From assembly GCA_963675785.1 (NCBI GenBank), contig OY776562.1, positions 2,176,001-2,240,000 of the forward strand: a stretch of 64,000 nucleotides of DNA, written 5' to 3'. Source of the DNA: Anaerolineae bacterium. GTDB taxonomy: Bacteria; Chloroflexota; Anaerolineae; UBA1429. The notes under the pieces were generated by a model that was not told where the DNA came from, ran no database searches, and saw only the letters and a program-made list of their open reading frames with translations. Both the position numbers and the translations under genes were made by a program. Below are positions 39,694 to 52,149 of this stretch, piece by piece (position 1 is the first letter of the stretch; each line of letters opens with the position of its first letter).

Positions 39694-40854
39694 ATGAGTT
39701 GGTTGATGCAAGAAAACGCCTATGGCGACGATAAAGTATTCGATGCCTGCGGCCTGATCGGTTTCATCGATACCGACGGTAAGCCCCATGGTGGAGACGG
39801 CATTGTGGCCGGTTTGGTAGCCATGAAGGAACGCGGCAACGGCCTGGGTGCAGGTTATGCCGTATATGGCCTCTATCCCGAATTCGAGAGCCATTATGCT
39901 TTTCACGTCATGTGCAAAAGCGAAAATGCCCGCCAAAAACTCGATGTCTACCTGCGTAGCCATTTTGCCGTAGTCCACGACGAACCCATCCCCACCCGCT
40001 TTGTACAGGATATCCTCGATCCGCCCGTGGTATGGCGCTATTTCATGCTACCGCATCGCGCTGAACTGGGGGGGCGCGAAGAAGAGGACTATATCGTCCA
40101 CCAGGTGATGCTCATTCACAGCACTATTCCGGACGTGTTTGTTGTCTCTTGCGGCAAAAACATGGGCGTGTTCAAAGGTGTCGGCCATCCAGAGCAGATT
40201 GCCGAGTTTTACCGCATCGAAGATTACAGTGGTTACATGTGGACTTCGCACAACCGCTTTCCCACCAACACCCCAGGCTGGTGGGGTGGTGCTCATCCCT
40301 TTGGCTTGCTGGACTGGACGGTGGTGCACAATGGCGAGATCAGTTCCTATGGCATCAACCGACGCTATACCGAGATGTACGGCTATCGCTGCGACATGCG
40401 CACTGATACCGAAGTGATCACATATGCAGCCGATTTGCTTATGCGTCGGCACAAGCTGCCCATGGAGCTGGCCGCGCGCGTGTTTGCTGCCCCTCTCTGG
40501 CAAGAGATCGAACACGTCTCTGATGACGATAAAAAGCTCTACACCGCCCTTCGGCAGACCTATGGGCCGCTTTTGCTCAACGGCCCCTTTACCATCATTG
40601 TGGCTCGCAACGGCGAAATGATGGGCCTCTCGGATCGCGTTCGTCTGCGCCCCATGGTCGCGGCCAGCAGCGGCAGTATTCTGTATGTCTCTTCCGAGCT
40701 GGCAGCTATTCACGTCATCAATCCCAATCTCGATAACGTCTGGATTCCAGAAGGCGGCGAACCGGTTATCGGCCGGTTGGGTATAGCCCCTGCCCCTTCA
40801 AAACCCCTTTCGCTGCAAAGAAAGCCTGCTCAAAAGGAGTTGGCGCATGTCTGA
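39694..40854 (+). CDS. Class II glutamine amidotransferase subunit of split glutamate synthase (GltB1)
   Basis: CGLIG, ERGNGLG.G, HNRFPTNTPGWWGGAHPF, VHNGEISSYG, TDTE, DRVRLRP. Confidence 0.9.
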   Translation: MSWLMQENAYGDDKVFDACGLIGFIDTDGKPHGGDGIVAGLVAMKERGNGLGAGYAVYGLYPEFESHYAFHVMCKSENARQKLDVYLRSHFAVVHDEPIPTRFVQDILDPPVVWRYFMLPHRAELGGREEEDYIVHQVMLIHSTIPDVFVVSCGKNMGVFKGVGHPEQIAEFYRIEDYSGYMWTSHNRFPTNTPGWWGGAHPFGLLDWTVVHNGEISSYGINRRYTEMYGYRCDMRTDTEVITYAADLLMRRHKLPMELAARVFAAPLWQEIEHVSDDDKKLYTALRQTYGPLLLNGPFTIIVARNGEMMGLSDRVRLRPMVAASSGSILYVSSELAAIHVINPNLDNVWIPEGGEPVIGRLGIAPAPSKPLSLQRKPAQKELAHV

Positions 40855-41626
40855 GATGCTAAACGTGCAAGAATGCGTTGTTTCGGATACAATTGCCGTC
40901 GATGTTGGCAGTACATATTATCGTGAGCTTAACAACCGGCTGTACGAACTCGTCCAGCAAGGGTACAAACGCTTTCAATTGCAGAATGTACTCGGCCAGC
41001 GCTACCTGGGCACCAGCCTGCAAAAGGCCATCGACATGGACATCCATGGCGTGCCCGGCAACGATCTGGGTGCCTTTATGGACGGCCCACGAATCAATGT
41101 GCTAGGAAACGCGCAAGATGGCTGTGGTAACACCATGAACAGCGGCAGTATCGTCATCCACGGTCATGCGGGTGATGTACTCGGCCTTTCCATGCGTGGC
41201 GGCGAGATCTTTGTGCAGGGAAATGTGGGTTATCGTGTGGGTATTCACATGAAGGAATACGGCGATACACGACCGCTCATTGTCATTGGCGGCACCGCCC
41301 AGCATTTTTTGGGTGAATACATGGCCGGTGGTACGCTGGTAGTATTCGGCATGAATCTTGAGGCCGACCAGCCTCATCCTTCACGCTATGTGGGCACTGG
41401 CATGCACGGTGGAGCCATTTACTTGCGGGGAGAGATCGACGATACCTTCCTTGGCAAAGAAGTGGGCATTGTCCCCCTGAATGAGGCAGATACGGCTCTC
41501 ATCAGGCAATGCGCAGCCAGGTATGCCAACTATTTTGATGCAGATTTGAACGAGATTCTGGATCGACCTTTTATCAAACTGGTACCCCTAACTAAACGCC
41601 CTTACGGGCAACTCTATGCCTATTGA
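40847..41626 (+). CDS. GXGXG beta-helix subunit of split glutamate synthase (GltB3)
   Basis: GQRYLG, GNDLGAFM, GNTM..G, GYRVGIHMK, FLGEYMAGG, GTGMHGG repeats. Confidence 0.9.
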   Translation: MSEMLNVQECVVSDTIAVDVGSTYYRELNNRLYELVQQGYKRFQLQNVLGQRYLGTSLQKAIDMDIHGVPGNDLGAFMDGPRINVLGNAQDGCGNTMNSGSIVIHGHAGDVLGLSMRGGEIFVQGNVGYRVGIHMKEYGDTRPLIVIGGTAQHFLGEYMAGGTLVVFGMNLEADQPHPSRYVGTGMHGGAIYLRGEIDDTFLGKEVGIVPLNEADTALIRQCAARYANYFDADLNEILDRPFIKLVPLTKRPYGQLYAY

Positions 41627-41637
41627 CGAGGTGATAT

Positions 41638-42429
41638 ATGCTCTCCGAGCTTGCTCTCGATTGTGAAACAGAAGCAAAACGGATCAAGGCATTCATTCGC
41701 GAGAAACTGGCAGAGGCTGGTTTCTCGCGTGTTGTTGTGGGGCTCTCTGGCGGCATTGATTCGGCGCTAACCTGCGCCCTATGTGCAGAGGCTCTCGGCG
41801 CCGAGAACGTTCAGGCCATGATTCTGCCCTATAAAACCAGCAATCCGGATAGCGCTACCCACGCCTGCCTCGAAGCTGAGCGCCTGGGCGTCGTCTGTGA
41901 GCAATTCGAAATCACCGATATGGTTGATTCTTTGGTTCGCGCCTACCCAGAGATGTCCTCGGGGCGCAAGGGCAACATTATGGCGCGTTGTCGCATGACG
42001 GTGCTGTTCGATCAATCCGCCGCCTTTAACGGGCTGGTGATGGGTACCAGCAATCGCACCGAGTTACTGCTCGGTTACTTTACCATGCACGGCGATGGCG
42101 CCGCCGCCATGGAGCCTTTGGGCCATCTCTACAAATGCCAGGTCAAAGATATTTCTCGACACCTGAACGTCACTCGTGCTATACTTGACAAGCAGCCGAG
42201 CGCTGACCTCTGGAAGGGACAAACCGACGAGGCCGAACTCGGCTTTAGCTATGACGAGGCTGACCAGGTGCTGTATTGGGCAACTGAAGTTGGCTTGAAC
42301 AAACAAGAAATCGCCTTGAAAGGCTTATCCCCAACGACTGTGGATGCCGTGCTGCAACGGATGAATGCAATGGCCTTTAAACTGCGCCCCATTCCAATGC
42401 CGGATACCCGCGGGCGCTGCAGCGAATAA
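41638..42429 (+). CDS. nadE: NH3-dependent NAD+ synthetase (no glutaminase domain)
   Basis: VVGLSGGIDSA, GNIMAR.RM, GTSN.TE..LGYFT.HGD, LYK.QV, PSADLW.GQTDE; 263 aa. Confidence 0.95.
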   Translation: MLSELALDCETEAKRIKAFIREKLAEAGFSRVVVGLSGGIDSALTCALCAEALGAENVQAMILPYKTSNPDSATHACLEAERLGVVCEQFEITDMVDSLVRAYPEMSSGRKGNIMARCRMTVLFDQSAAFNGLVMGTSNRTELLLGYFTMHGDGAAAMEPLGHLYKCQVKDISRHLNVTRAILDKQPSADLWKGQTDEAELGFSYDEADQVLYWATEVGLNKQEIALKGLSPTTVDAVLQRMNAMAFKLRPIPMPDTRGRCSE

Positions 42430-42440
42430 CGGAGAACACA

Positions 42441-43562
42441 ATGGTTGAACGAACAAAAGGCCTCCTCGTACTCGAAGACGGCAGTGTATTTCCTGGCTAC
42501 TCGATGGGTGCCCAGGGTGAATTCGTCGGCGAGTTGGTTTTCAACACCAGCATGACGGGCTATCAGGAAATCATTACGGATCCCTCTTATTGGGGGCAGA
42601 TGGTAACCTTTACCTGCCCGCACATCGGCAACGTGGGCATCAACCGCGAAGACGCCGAATCGTGTGAGCCCATGGTGCGCGCCATCCTGGTGCGCGAAAT
42701 GTGCGAAACCCCCAGCAACTGGCGAGCGCAGCAACCATTGCCAGAGTACCTCGCTGAGTACAATATCCCCGCACTGGTGGGTTTGGATACCCGCCGCCTG
42801 ACACTGACCCTTCGCGATAAAGGTGTCATGCGCGCAGCCCTGGCCACTAACAGCACCGATAGTGCGCGTCTTTTGGAGATGGCCCGCAATGCGCCGGACA
42901 TGAGCGCTCTCTCGCCGGTCGAGCAGGTTGACACCGAGGCGGTGAGCGATTGGGCCGAGCCCGTTGCTGAAGCCTGGGATGCCATCAAGTTCAAGCAAAA
43001 AGACGCTCCGCACGTTGTGGTTATCGACTGCGGTATCAAGCACAACATCCTGCGCATTCTAAAAACACTGGGAGCCCGCGTTACAGTGGTGCCAGCCAAC
43101 ACCAGTGCTACTGATATCCTGACCCTAAACCCCAACGGTGTGCTCATTTCTAACGGCCCCGGCGACCCTGTTCAGGTACCTGCCACCGTAGAAAGCGTCC
43201 AACAGCTCATGGGCCAGGTACCCATCTTTGGCATTTGCCTGGGGCATCAGATCATTGGCCTCGCTTGCGGCGCCAAAACCTATAAATTGCCCTTTGGGCA
43301 CCATGGTGGCAACCATCCCGTCAAGAATCTGGCCACCGGCCAGGTAGAGATCACCGCCCAGAATCACAACTATGCAGTCGATGCCGAATCCATCAAGGAT
43401 TTGCCACTTGAGGTTACCCGTATCAACCTTTATGACAACACCATAGAGGGGCTCAAGCACACCAAGATGCCCGTCTGGTCTGTTCAATACCATCCGGAAG
43501 CTTCTCCGGGCCCACACGATAGTCTGCACGAGCTGGCAAGTTTCGTTGCCTCTATTGCCTGA
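42441..43562 (+). CDS. carA: Carbamoyl-phosphate synthase small subunit
   Basis: GELVFNTSMTGYQE..TDPSY, SNGPGDP, GICLGHQ, FGHHGGNHPV, QYHPE. Confidence 0.97.
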   Translation: MVERTKGLLVLEDGSVFPGYSMGAQGEFVGELVFNTSMTGYQEIITDPSYWGQMVTFTCPHIGNVGINREDAESCEPMVRAILVREMCETPSNWRAQQPLPEYLAEYNIPALVGLDTRRLTLTLRDKGVMRAALATNSTDSARLLEMARNAPDMSALSPVEQVDTEAVSDWAEPVAEAWDAIKFKQKDAPHVVVIDCGIKHNILRILKTLGARVTVVPANTSATDILTLNPNGVLISNGPGDPVQVPATVESVQQLMGQVPIFGICLGHQIIGLACGAKTYKLPFGHHGGNHPVKNLATGQVEITAQNHNYAVDAESIKDLPLEVTRINLYDNTIEGLKHTKMPVWSVQYHPEASPGPHDSLHELASFVASIA

Positions 43563-43582
43563 GCGCAACACAGGGAGTCGCC

Positions 43583-44536
43583 ATGAACGACAGCATCATC
43601 GATATCCAGAGCCTCACCAAACGCTACCCCGGTAGTGCTATGCTGGCAGTGGATCATCTCACCCTTTCCATAAAAAGGGGGGAGATCTTTTCACTGTTGG
43701 GCCCCAACGGTGCCGGCAAGACCACAACCATCTCAATGTTGAGCTGTCTCCTTACCCCCACTGAAGGCGACGCCCTTATAAGTGGACACTCTGTTACCAA
43801 CGACTCTTTGGCTGCCCGCCGCATCATCGGCATCGTGCCCCAAGAAGTTGCTCTCTATGATGATCTCAGTGCCCGTGAAAACCTGCTTTTCTGGGGGCGC
43901 ATGTACGGGATGCAGGGCAAGCCACTTTCAACCAAAGCAGACGAGATTCTAGAGCGCATCGGCCTCACAGATCGAGCCAAGGATCGGCTCTCTACCTTTT
44001 CGGGCGGTATGAAACGCCGCCTGAATGTGGGCGTAGGCCTCATTCACAGTCCCGAAATTGTCTATATGGATGAACCCACAGTTGGCATCGATCCGCAAAG
44101 TCGCCGCAGTATCCTCGACATGGTCAAAGATTTGAACCAGCAGGGCATGACCGTGCTCTATACCACCCACTATATGGAAGAAGCTCAAGAGCTCTCAGAC
44201 CGCGTGGGCATTATGGACCACGGCAAGATCATCGCCCTGGGCACCCAGGCCGAGCTCACCGAAATGGTGGGCGAACGCGAGGTGCTGCGCCTCTATCTCA
44301 GCGAAATACAATCTGCCGAAAATCTGGCTACCCTATTGCAAGAGCTGGATGTCGTCTTTGATGCTTCTGCTGTCGACCATCAAGTCATTATAAGCACCGC
44401 AGACGCCAGTGAAGCTTTGCCCGCGGTCATGTCAGCCGCCGCCGTAAACGGTTTTACCATTCGCTCTGTCGACATCCAAGAGCCCAACCTGGAAGCCGTG
44501 TTCCTGCACCTCACCGGTCGAGCATTGAGAGATTAA
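43583..44536 (+). CDS. ABC exporter ATP-binding protein (LnrL/YfiL-like)
   Basis: GPNGAGKTT, FSGGMKRR, MDEPTVGIDPQSR, YTTHYMEE, NLEAVFL.LTGR.LRD. Confidence 0.93.
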   Translation: MNDSIIDIQSLTKRYPGSAMLAVDHLTLSIKRGEIFSLLGPNGAGKTTTISMLSCLLTPTEGDALISGHSVTNDSLAARRIIGIVPQEVALYDDLSARENLLFWGRMYGMQGKPLSTKADEILERIGLTDRAKDRLSTFSGGMKRRLNVGVGLIHSPEIVYMDEPTVGIDPQSRRSILDMVKDLNQQGMTVLYTTHYMEEAQELSDRVGIMDHGKIIALGTQAELTEMVGEREVLRLYLSEIQSAENLATLLQELDVVFDASAVDHQVIISTADASEALPAVMSAAAVNGFTIRSVDIQEPNLEAVFLHLTGRALRD

Positions 44537-44537
44537 C

Positions 44538-45779
44538 ATGAAAATCCTCAACGTGGCCTGGAAAGAGATTCTCACTACTTATCGAGATCGCGCAGCGCTC
44601 ATTACCATGCTCGTAGCCCCCTTTGCGCTGACCCTGGTGATGCTTTTTGCCTTTGGCAACTCTGGTACTGTAGTCTTGGAGAATATCCCCGTGGCTATCG
44701 TGAACCAGGATGGCGGGGAACTCGGACAGGCACTTGTTGATGTTTTCGAAAGCGACGAACTCGCAGACCTCCTCGAACCCAGTTTGGTTGGCACTGCTAC
44801 CGAAGCCAAAGCCTTGGTAGACGAAGACAAAGCTGCCGCAGCCGTCATTATTCCGGCAGAACTGACCTCGATCATTACCACGGGCGGCCCCCCGGCAACA
44901 GATGCCCTGGCCACCATTGAAGTCTACCAAAACCCCGGGCGCACACTCAGCGCTCAGATCATTGCTGGCATCACGGATCAATTCGCAGGCAACATAGTTG
45001 CTGGTTATACCAGCGGCCATCTTCTTTGGGAGACGCTGACTGCATCTGGCAGCATTCCAACTGATGAATTGCAGATTCAAATCGAAAGCCTCGTCAACGC
45101 CTCTATCAGTAACACGATCATCACAGTGAACGCGACTGAACAAAATATCAGCCAAGCACAATCGAGCAGCGACTTTAACTGGGCCCAGTACATGGGCCCC
45201 AGTATGGCCATCCTTTTTCTCATGTTCAGCGTTGCGCGTGGGGGGCGCATCTTGCTTGTTGAGCAAGATCAGGGGACCTTGTCGCGTATGCTGGCCTCGC
45301 CCACACGCCCGAGCCACATTCTGATTGGCAAAGTGCTGGGCATTGTATCCGCCAGTATCTTGCAAATGCTCATTCTCATGGTGGCCATGCGTTTGCTTAT
45401 GAACGTAAGCTGGGGCCCCTTTGGCCCCGTGCTGGCCATCATCGTAGCAGTAAGTCTTGCGGCAACAGCCTGGGGCATTCTGATCGGAACCCGCGCACGT
45501 ACGGTCGCTCAAGCTGGCAATCTGGGCACGGCCATCTCGCTCATCTTTGCCGCTGCATCCGGGAACTTTTACCCGCGCTCAACCCTGCCCGAGTTTCTTC
45601 AAAAAGCCAGCCTCATATCACCCAATGCCTGGGCGCTCGATGCTTTTGAAAGCCTAGCCCAGGGCGGTGGAATGCAAGATGTCCTCATCCCTGTCATCGG
45701 GCTATTGGTCATGACCTTGATACTGGGCAGTATCGCCGTGCTTTCCTTCCGGCGCCGCTATGCGAGTGCACAGGCATGA
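44538..45779 (+). CDS. ABC-2 permease with extracytoplasmic domain (LnrM-like)
   Basis: N-terminal TM, IPVAIVNQD, E...GTL.RM..SP, five C-terminal TM segments, SPNAWA. Confidence 0.88.
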   Translation: MKILNVAWKEILTTYRDRAALITMLVAPFALTLVMLFAFGNSGTVVLENIPVAIVNQDGGELGQALVDVFESDELADLLEPSLVGTATEAKALVDEDKAAAAVIIPAELTSIITTGGPPATDALATIEVYQNPGRTLSAQIIAGITDQFAGNIVAGYTSGHLLWETLTASGSIPTDELQIQIESLVNASISNTIITVNATEQNISQAQSSSDFNWAQYMGPSMAILFLMFSVARGGRILLVEQDQGTLSRMLASPTRPSHILIGKVLGIVSASILQMLILMVAMRLLMNVSWGPFGPVLAIIVAVSLAATAWGILIGTRARTVAQAGNLGTAISLIFAAASGNFYPRSTLPEFLQKASLISPNAWALDAFESLAQGGGMQDVLIPVIGLLVMTLILGSIAVLSFRRRYASAQA

Positions 45780-46987
45780 GAAAAATACTGGCCCTGGCCT
45801 GGAATAACATCCGCCTGGAACTCTCTGATCGATCTTCCCTAGTCTTTTTGCTGATTCTGCCCTTGGCCTTTACCTACATCATCGGCATTGCTATGGGGGG
45901 CGCCTATGAACCAGAATCCAATGCCAGCACCGATACCCGACACCCCGTCATCGTGGTCGATCAGGATGCATCCGCACTATCAGCACAGCTCATTGCTGTC
46001 ATAGAGACCTCGCAGATCATTCGTCCTGTTGAACAGAATCTATCCGATGCCATTGATATTTTTAAGGGCCAAGGGGTATCTGCCTACGTAGTTATACCAG
46101 CTGGCTTTGGCGCAAGCATCACTACTGGGCAGCCCACTTTGCTGGATCTGGTAACGGCTGCGGGAGACAATTATGCCCTGACCACGGGGCAGGCCGTACA
46201 GGCTGCCGTTGCTGAACTCAACGCAATCCTAAGCGCCGCAAAAACAACAACGGATATACTGGTCAGCCTCAATGCCTCGTCTTTACCCTATGACCAACTG
46301 CTTCAAGAAAACCTGCAAGCCGCCAGTGCCGTCGCTGCAGAGGCTCCGGTTACGGTGCTGCATACAGGCCCCTCGGCCACAACATCAGAAATAGCTGTTG
46401 GCTTTGCCCAAACTTCTCCCGGCCAGTTGGTCACCTGGGTACTGATCACACTCCTAGGCAGCTCTGTAGTCATTGCCAGCGAGCGCACCAAAGGCACACT
46501 TTATCGCCTTATGGCCGCCCCCTTGAGTAAAGGGCAAATACTCGCCGGCATCATTCTGGGGCGGCTGGCGTTGGGATTGGTTCAGATCATCATTCTCATC
46601 GGTTTTGGATCTCTGGTTTTAGGTGTAGACTGGGGAAGTTCATATTCAGCTTTGGCGCTGCTCTCGCTCAGCTTTGCGCTGGCTGCCGTAGCGCTTGGTT
46701 TGCTCATCGGCGTGCTTAGTAAAACAGCGGCACAGGCGCGCGAGCTAACCACTGCCATATCCATGATTACAGCAGCCCTTGGCGGCGCTTGGTGGCCCAT
46801 GGAAATCACACCCCAGCTCTACCAGACTGCTGTCAAAATCCTGCCAACAACTTGGGCTATGCAGGGCTTCACAGATGTAATTCTGCGAGGACAGGATGTT
46901 TCGGGTATACTGATAGAAACACTTGTCCTGTTAGGGTTCGCTGTCGCATTCTTTGCTTTCAGTGCTAAAAAGTTTGACTATGAGTAA
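45776..46987 (+). CDS. ABC-2 permease with extracytoplasmic domain (LnrN-like)
   Basis: VVDQD.S..S, ERTKGTL.RL..AP, LGG.WWP.E, PTTWA. Confidence 0.88.
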   Translation: MRKILALAWNNIRLELSDRSSLVFLLILPLAFTYIIGIAMGGAYEPESNASTDTRHPVIVVDQDASALSAQLIAVIETSQIIRPVEQNLSDAIDIFKGQGVSAYVVIPAGFGASITTGQPTLLDLVTAAGDNYALTTGQAVQAAVAELNAILSAAKTTTDILVSLNASSLPYDQLLQENLQAASAVAAEAPVTVLHTGPSATTSEIAVGFAQTSPGQLVTWVLITLLGSSVVIASERTKGTLYRLMAAPLSKGQILAGIILGRLALGLVQIIILIGFGSLVLGVDWGSSYSALALLSLSFALAAVALGLLIGVLSKTAAQARELTTAISMITAALGGAWWPMEITPQLYQTAVKILPTTWAMQGFTDVILRGQDVSGILIETLVLLGFAVAFFAFSAKKFDYE

Positions 46988-47249
46988 AGGCAGAGCGGTA
47001 AACATGCATCATAGACACTCGCCTCTTTGTACTCCCGGCGCCGCGTGCGTCCAGTTTCGTCTGAGGACCAAGGCAGGCATCGTCTAGGTGTCTGCCTGAT
47101 CCGTGGAACCTCACCATACTATCATCGAAGATAGTATGCGGCTGTGAAGCCGCCCCATCACCGTACGATATCACACCCCATCGCCAAAGAAACAACGCGT
47201 TTGCGCCCTTGTGTGAACGCATGACATACTACAGATACGAGAGGCTGTT

Positions 47250-50465
<3,216 letters not shown>

Positions 50466-50468
50466 CCC

Positions 50469-51971
50469 ATGGAAAACGACGGAAGCGTTACGGTCTCTGA
50501 AGTACTTCATCTGGCGTTACCACCCAACTCGCATGTATTGGGAGGTCAAGCGGGATTGTGCCGCATTGTGCGCGGCTTGGCCATTCAGAGAAGCACCTTT
50601 CCTCTGTTCGGCTCCATGAAACCGGGCTTTGCTGTTCTAGCACAGCCAAGCAAGGCACAACTCGTCGATAGTAACCTGACACCCGCTTACCTCTTGCGCG
50701 AGATGGGCCGTATGCGCATGGCTGTGCTCATCATCGATGAACCAGCTGCAGAAGAAGATATCCAGACTGCTGAAGAGCTGGGCATTCCGTTAATTCTCGT
50801 CCCGCCTATTGACGACACAGCGCTGTTGCAGCGAGCCATCCTGCGCAGTATCCATGACCACGATGCTCAGTTGGTAATCCGCGAACGAGAGCTTCGCACC
50901 CATCTGGAGCAACTTTTAAGCCAGGGGAGTATCCAGCCCGTGTTGGATGAGCTGTCTAGTCTCATCGGAAATGCCGTACACCTCATCGATGAGAATGGTC
51001 TTACCGTCGGCCAAGATAGCAACCACAAAAACGAGCCCCTCTCAGAAAACTCGGCACGCTTTGCAGTGCGCGTCGGAGGGCGCCATCTGGGTATGCTGCA
51101 TATCAACATCTCTCGGGCCGAATGTACGCCCGTTCAGATGATGTATGGCCGCGAAGGGGCCAATGTTTGTGCCATTGAGCTCATTCAGACTGTTGCACGC
51201 CGCGAAACTGAAGATCGTATTGGGGCTGACCTCGTAGCTAGTGTACTTTCTGGAGAGATTGATACAGACACCGTGTATGCCAGATTATCTCGACTAGGCT
51301 ATGTTCCCGATGCTGCCAGTATGCAAATCGTCGTAGCAATTGATGAGCATAAGGGCAAAGGCCAGGCCAGGCGCGTGGCCAATGATCTTGCCTGGGCAGC
51401 CCAGAGCCGCAATCGGCTCGCCGTAGCGCTCAAACACGGCAACCTAACGCTGGTACTCTCCGAATGGCCAACCCAGGTAAGCGAGATAGCCATCAAATCT
51501 TGGTTAGCGCAGATCAACGACTCGGCAGAAAACTGCGCCATTGGTGTAAGCCGCAAAACGCGAGACATGAACGAGCTTGAACACGCCATCGTTCAGGCAA
51601 TCGAGGCTTGCGAGATGGGTCAGCGTGTGCAGGGCATTCCCAGTCCATATCACTATGAAGACCTAGGACTCTATCGGTTGCTCACTGGCTTGCGCGATCG
51701 CAAAGAACTCCGCATGTTTTACCAGGAGACGCTGGGGGCTTTGCTCGCTTACGATCAAGAGCACCATGGCGATCTTTTGCGCACACTCGAAGTCTATTTT
51801 GATCAAGGCATGAACGCCAGCAGCACCGCCCGTGCGCTGTATGTACATCGCAACACGTTAACCTATCGACTGCGCCGCATCGAAGAGATCACCGAAGTTT
51901 CCTTACAAGATGCCCAAGCGCGTCTTACACTGCAGGTAGCCCTCAAGGTTCACCAACTCATTCTGGAATGA
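50469..51971 (+). CDS. PucR/CdaR-family transcriptional regulator
   Basis: N-terminal TV.EVL..VLGGQAGL.R PucR-type start; C-terminal YD...LLRTL..YF....NASSTA..LYVHRNTL.YRL.RIEE HTH. Confidence 0.92.
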   Translation: MENDGSVTVSEVLHLALPPNSHVLGGQAGLCRIVRGLAIQRSTFPLFGSMKPGFAVLAQPSKAQLVDSNLTPAYLLREMGRMRMAVLIIDEPAAEEDIQTAEELGIPLILVPPIDDTALLQRAILRSIHDHDAQLVIRERELRTHLEQLLSQGSIQPVLDELSSLIGNAVHLIDENGLTVGQDSNHKNEPLSENSARFAVRVGGRHLGMLHINISRAECTPVQMMYGREGANVCAIELIQTVARRETEDRIGADLVASVLSGEIDTDTVYARLSRLGYVPDAASMQIVVAIDEHKGKGQARRVANDLAWAAQSRNRLAVALKHGNLTLVLSEWPTQVSEIAIKSWLAQINDSAENCAIGVSRKTRDMNELEHAIVQAIEACEMGQRVQGIPSPYHYEDLGLYRLLTGLRDRKELRMFYQETLGALLAYDQEHHGDLLRTLEVYFDQGMNASSTARALYVHRNTLTYRLRRIEEITEVSLQDAQARLTLQVALKVHQLILE

Positions 51972-51973
51972 GT

Positions 51974-52002
51974 ATAGTGTTGTGCAATATGCACAACACT
52001 AT
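51974..52002. promoter_or_regulatory. Perfect 13-bp inverted repeat, candidate PucR-family operator upstream of glnA
   Basis: ATAGTGTTGTGCA-ATA-TGCACAACACTAT; core TTGTGC-N5-GCACAA. Confidence 0.6.
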
Positions 52003-52064
52003 GTCTACATGACTTGTGCATGAACAACGAGGTTCGAGCCGAGGTCTTGAACTATATTATCCTT

Positions 52065-52073
52065 TGTTATTCT
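52065..52073 (+). promoter_or_regulatory. Extended -10 of glnA
   Basis: TGTTATTCT, the same TGnTATTCT form as the glutamate synthase promoter; TTGAAC at 52047 gives only a 15-bp spacer. Confidence 0.5.
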
Positions 52074-52083
52074 TACGCCGACT

Positions 52084-52112
52084 GCGAATGAACCGCGCTA
52101 TCAACGAGGATG
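52084..52112 (+). promoter_or_regulatory. Candidate ANTAR dual-hairpin in the glnA leader
   Basis: GCG-AATGAA-C(C)GC and TATC-AACGAG-GATG, both AxxGxx loops. Confidence 0.45.
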
Positions 52113-52149
52113 CCTGGTGCGCTCGGCCCAGTGACTTTGGGAGAAAAGC

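Noticed and set aside
42249-43147. Long antisense or alternate-frame ORFs (e.g. 42249-43043, 44511-45512, 40048-40713, 55956-56642)
   Set aside because: Shadows of well-supported genes on the opposite strand, with no recognisable motifs.
47045-47075. Hammerhead-like GACGAAAC on the minus strand, or a PyrR loop on the plus strand
   Set aside because: No CUGANGA core and no ARUCCNGNGAGGY/UUUAA match.
52022-52035. GAAC...GTTC as a LexA box upstream of glnA
   Set aside because: The spacer is 6 nt, not 4.
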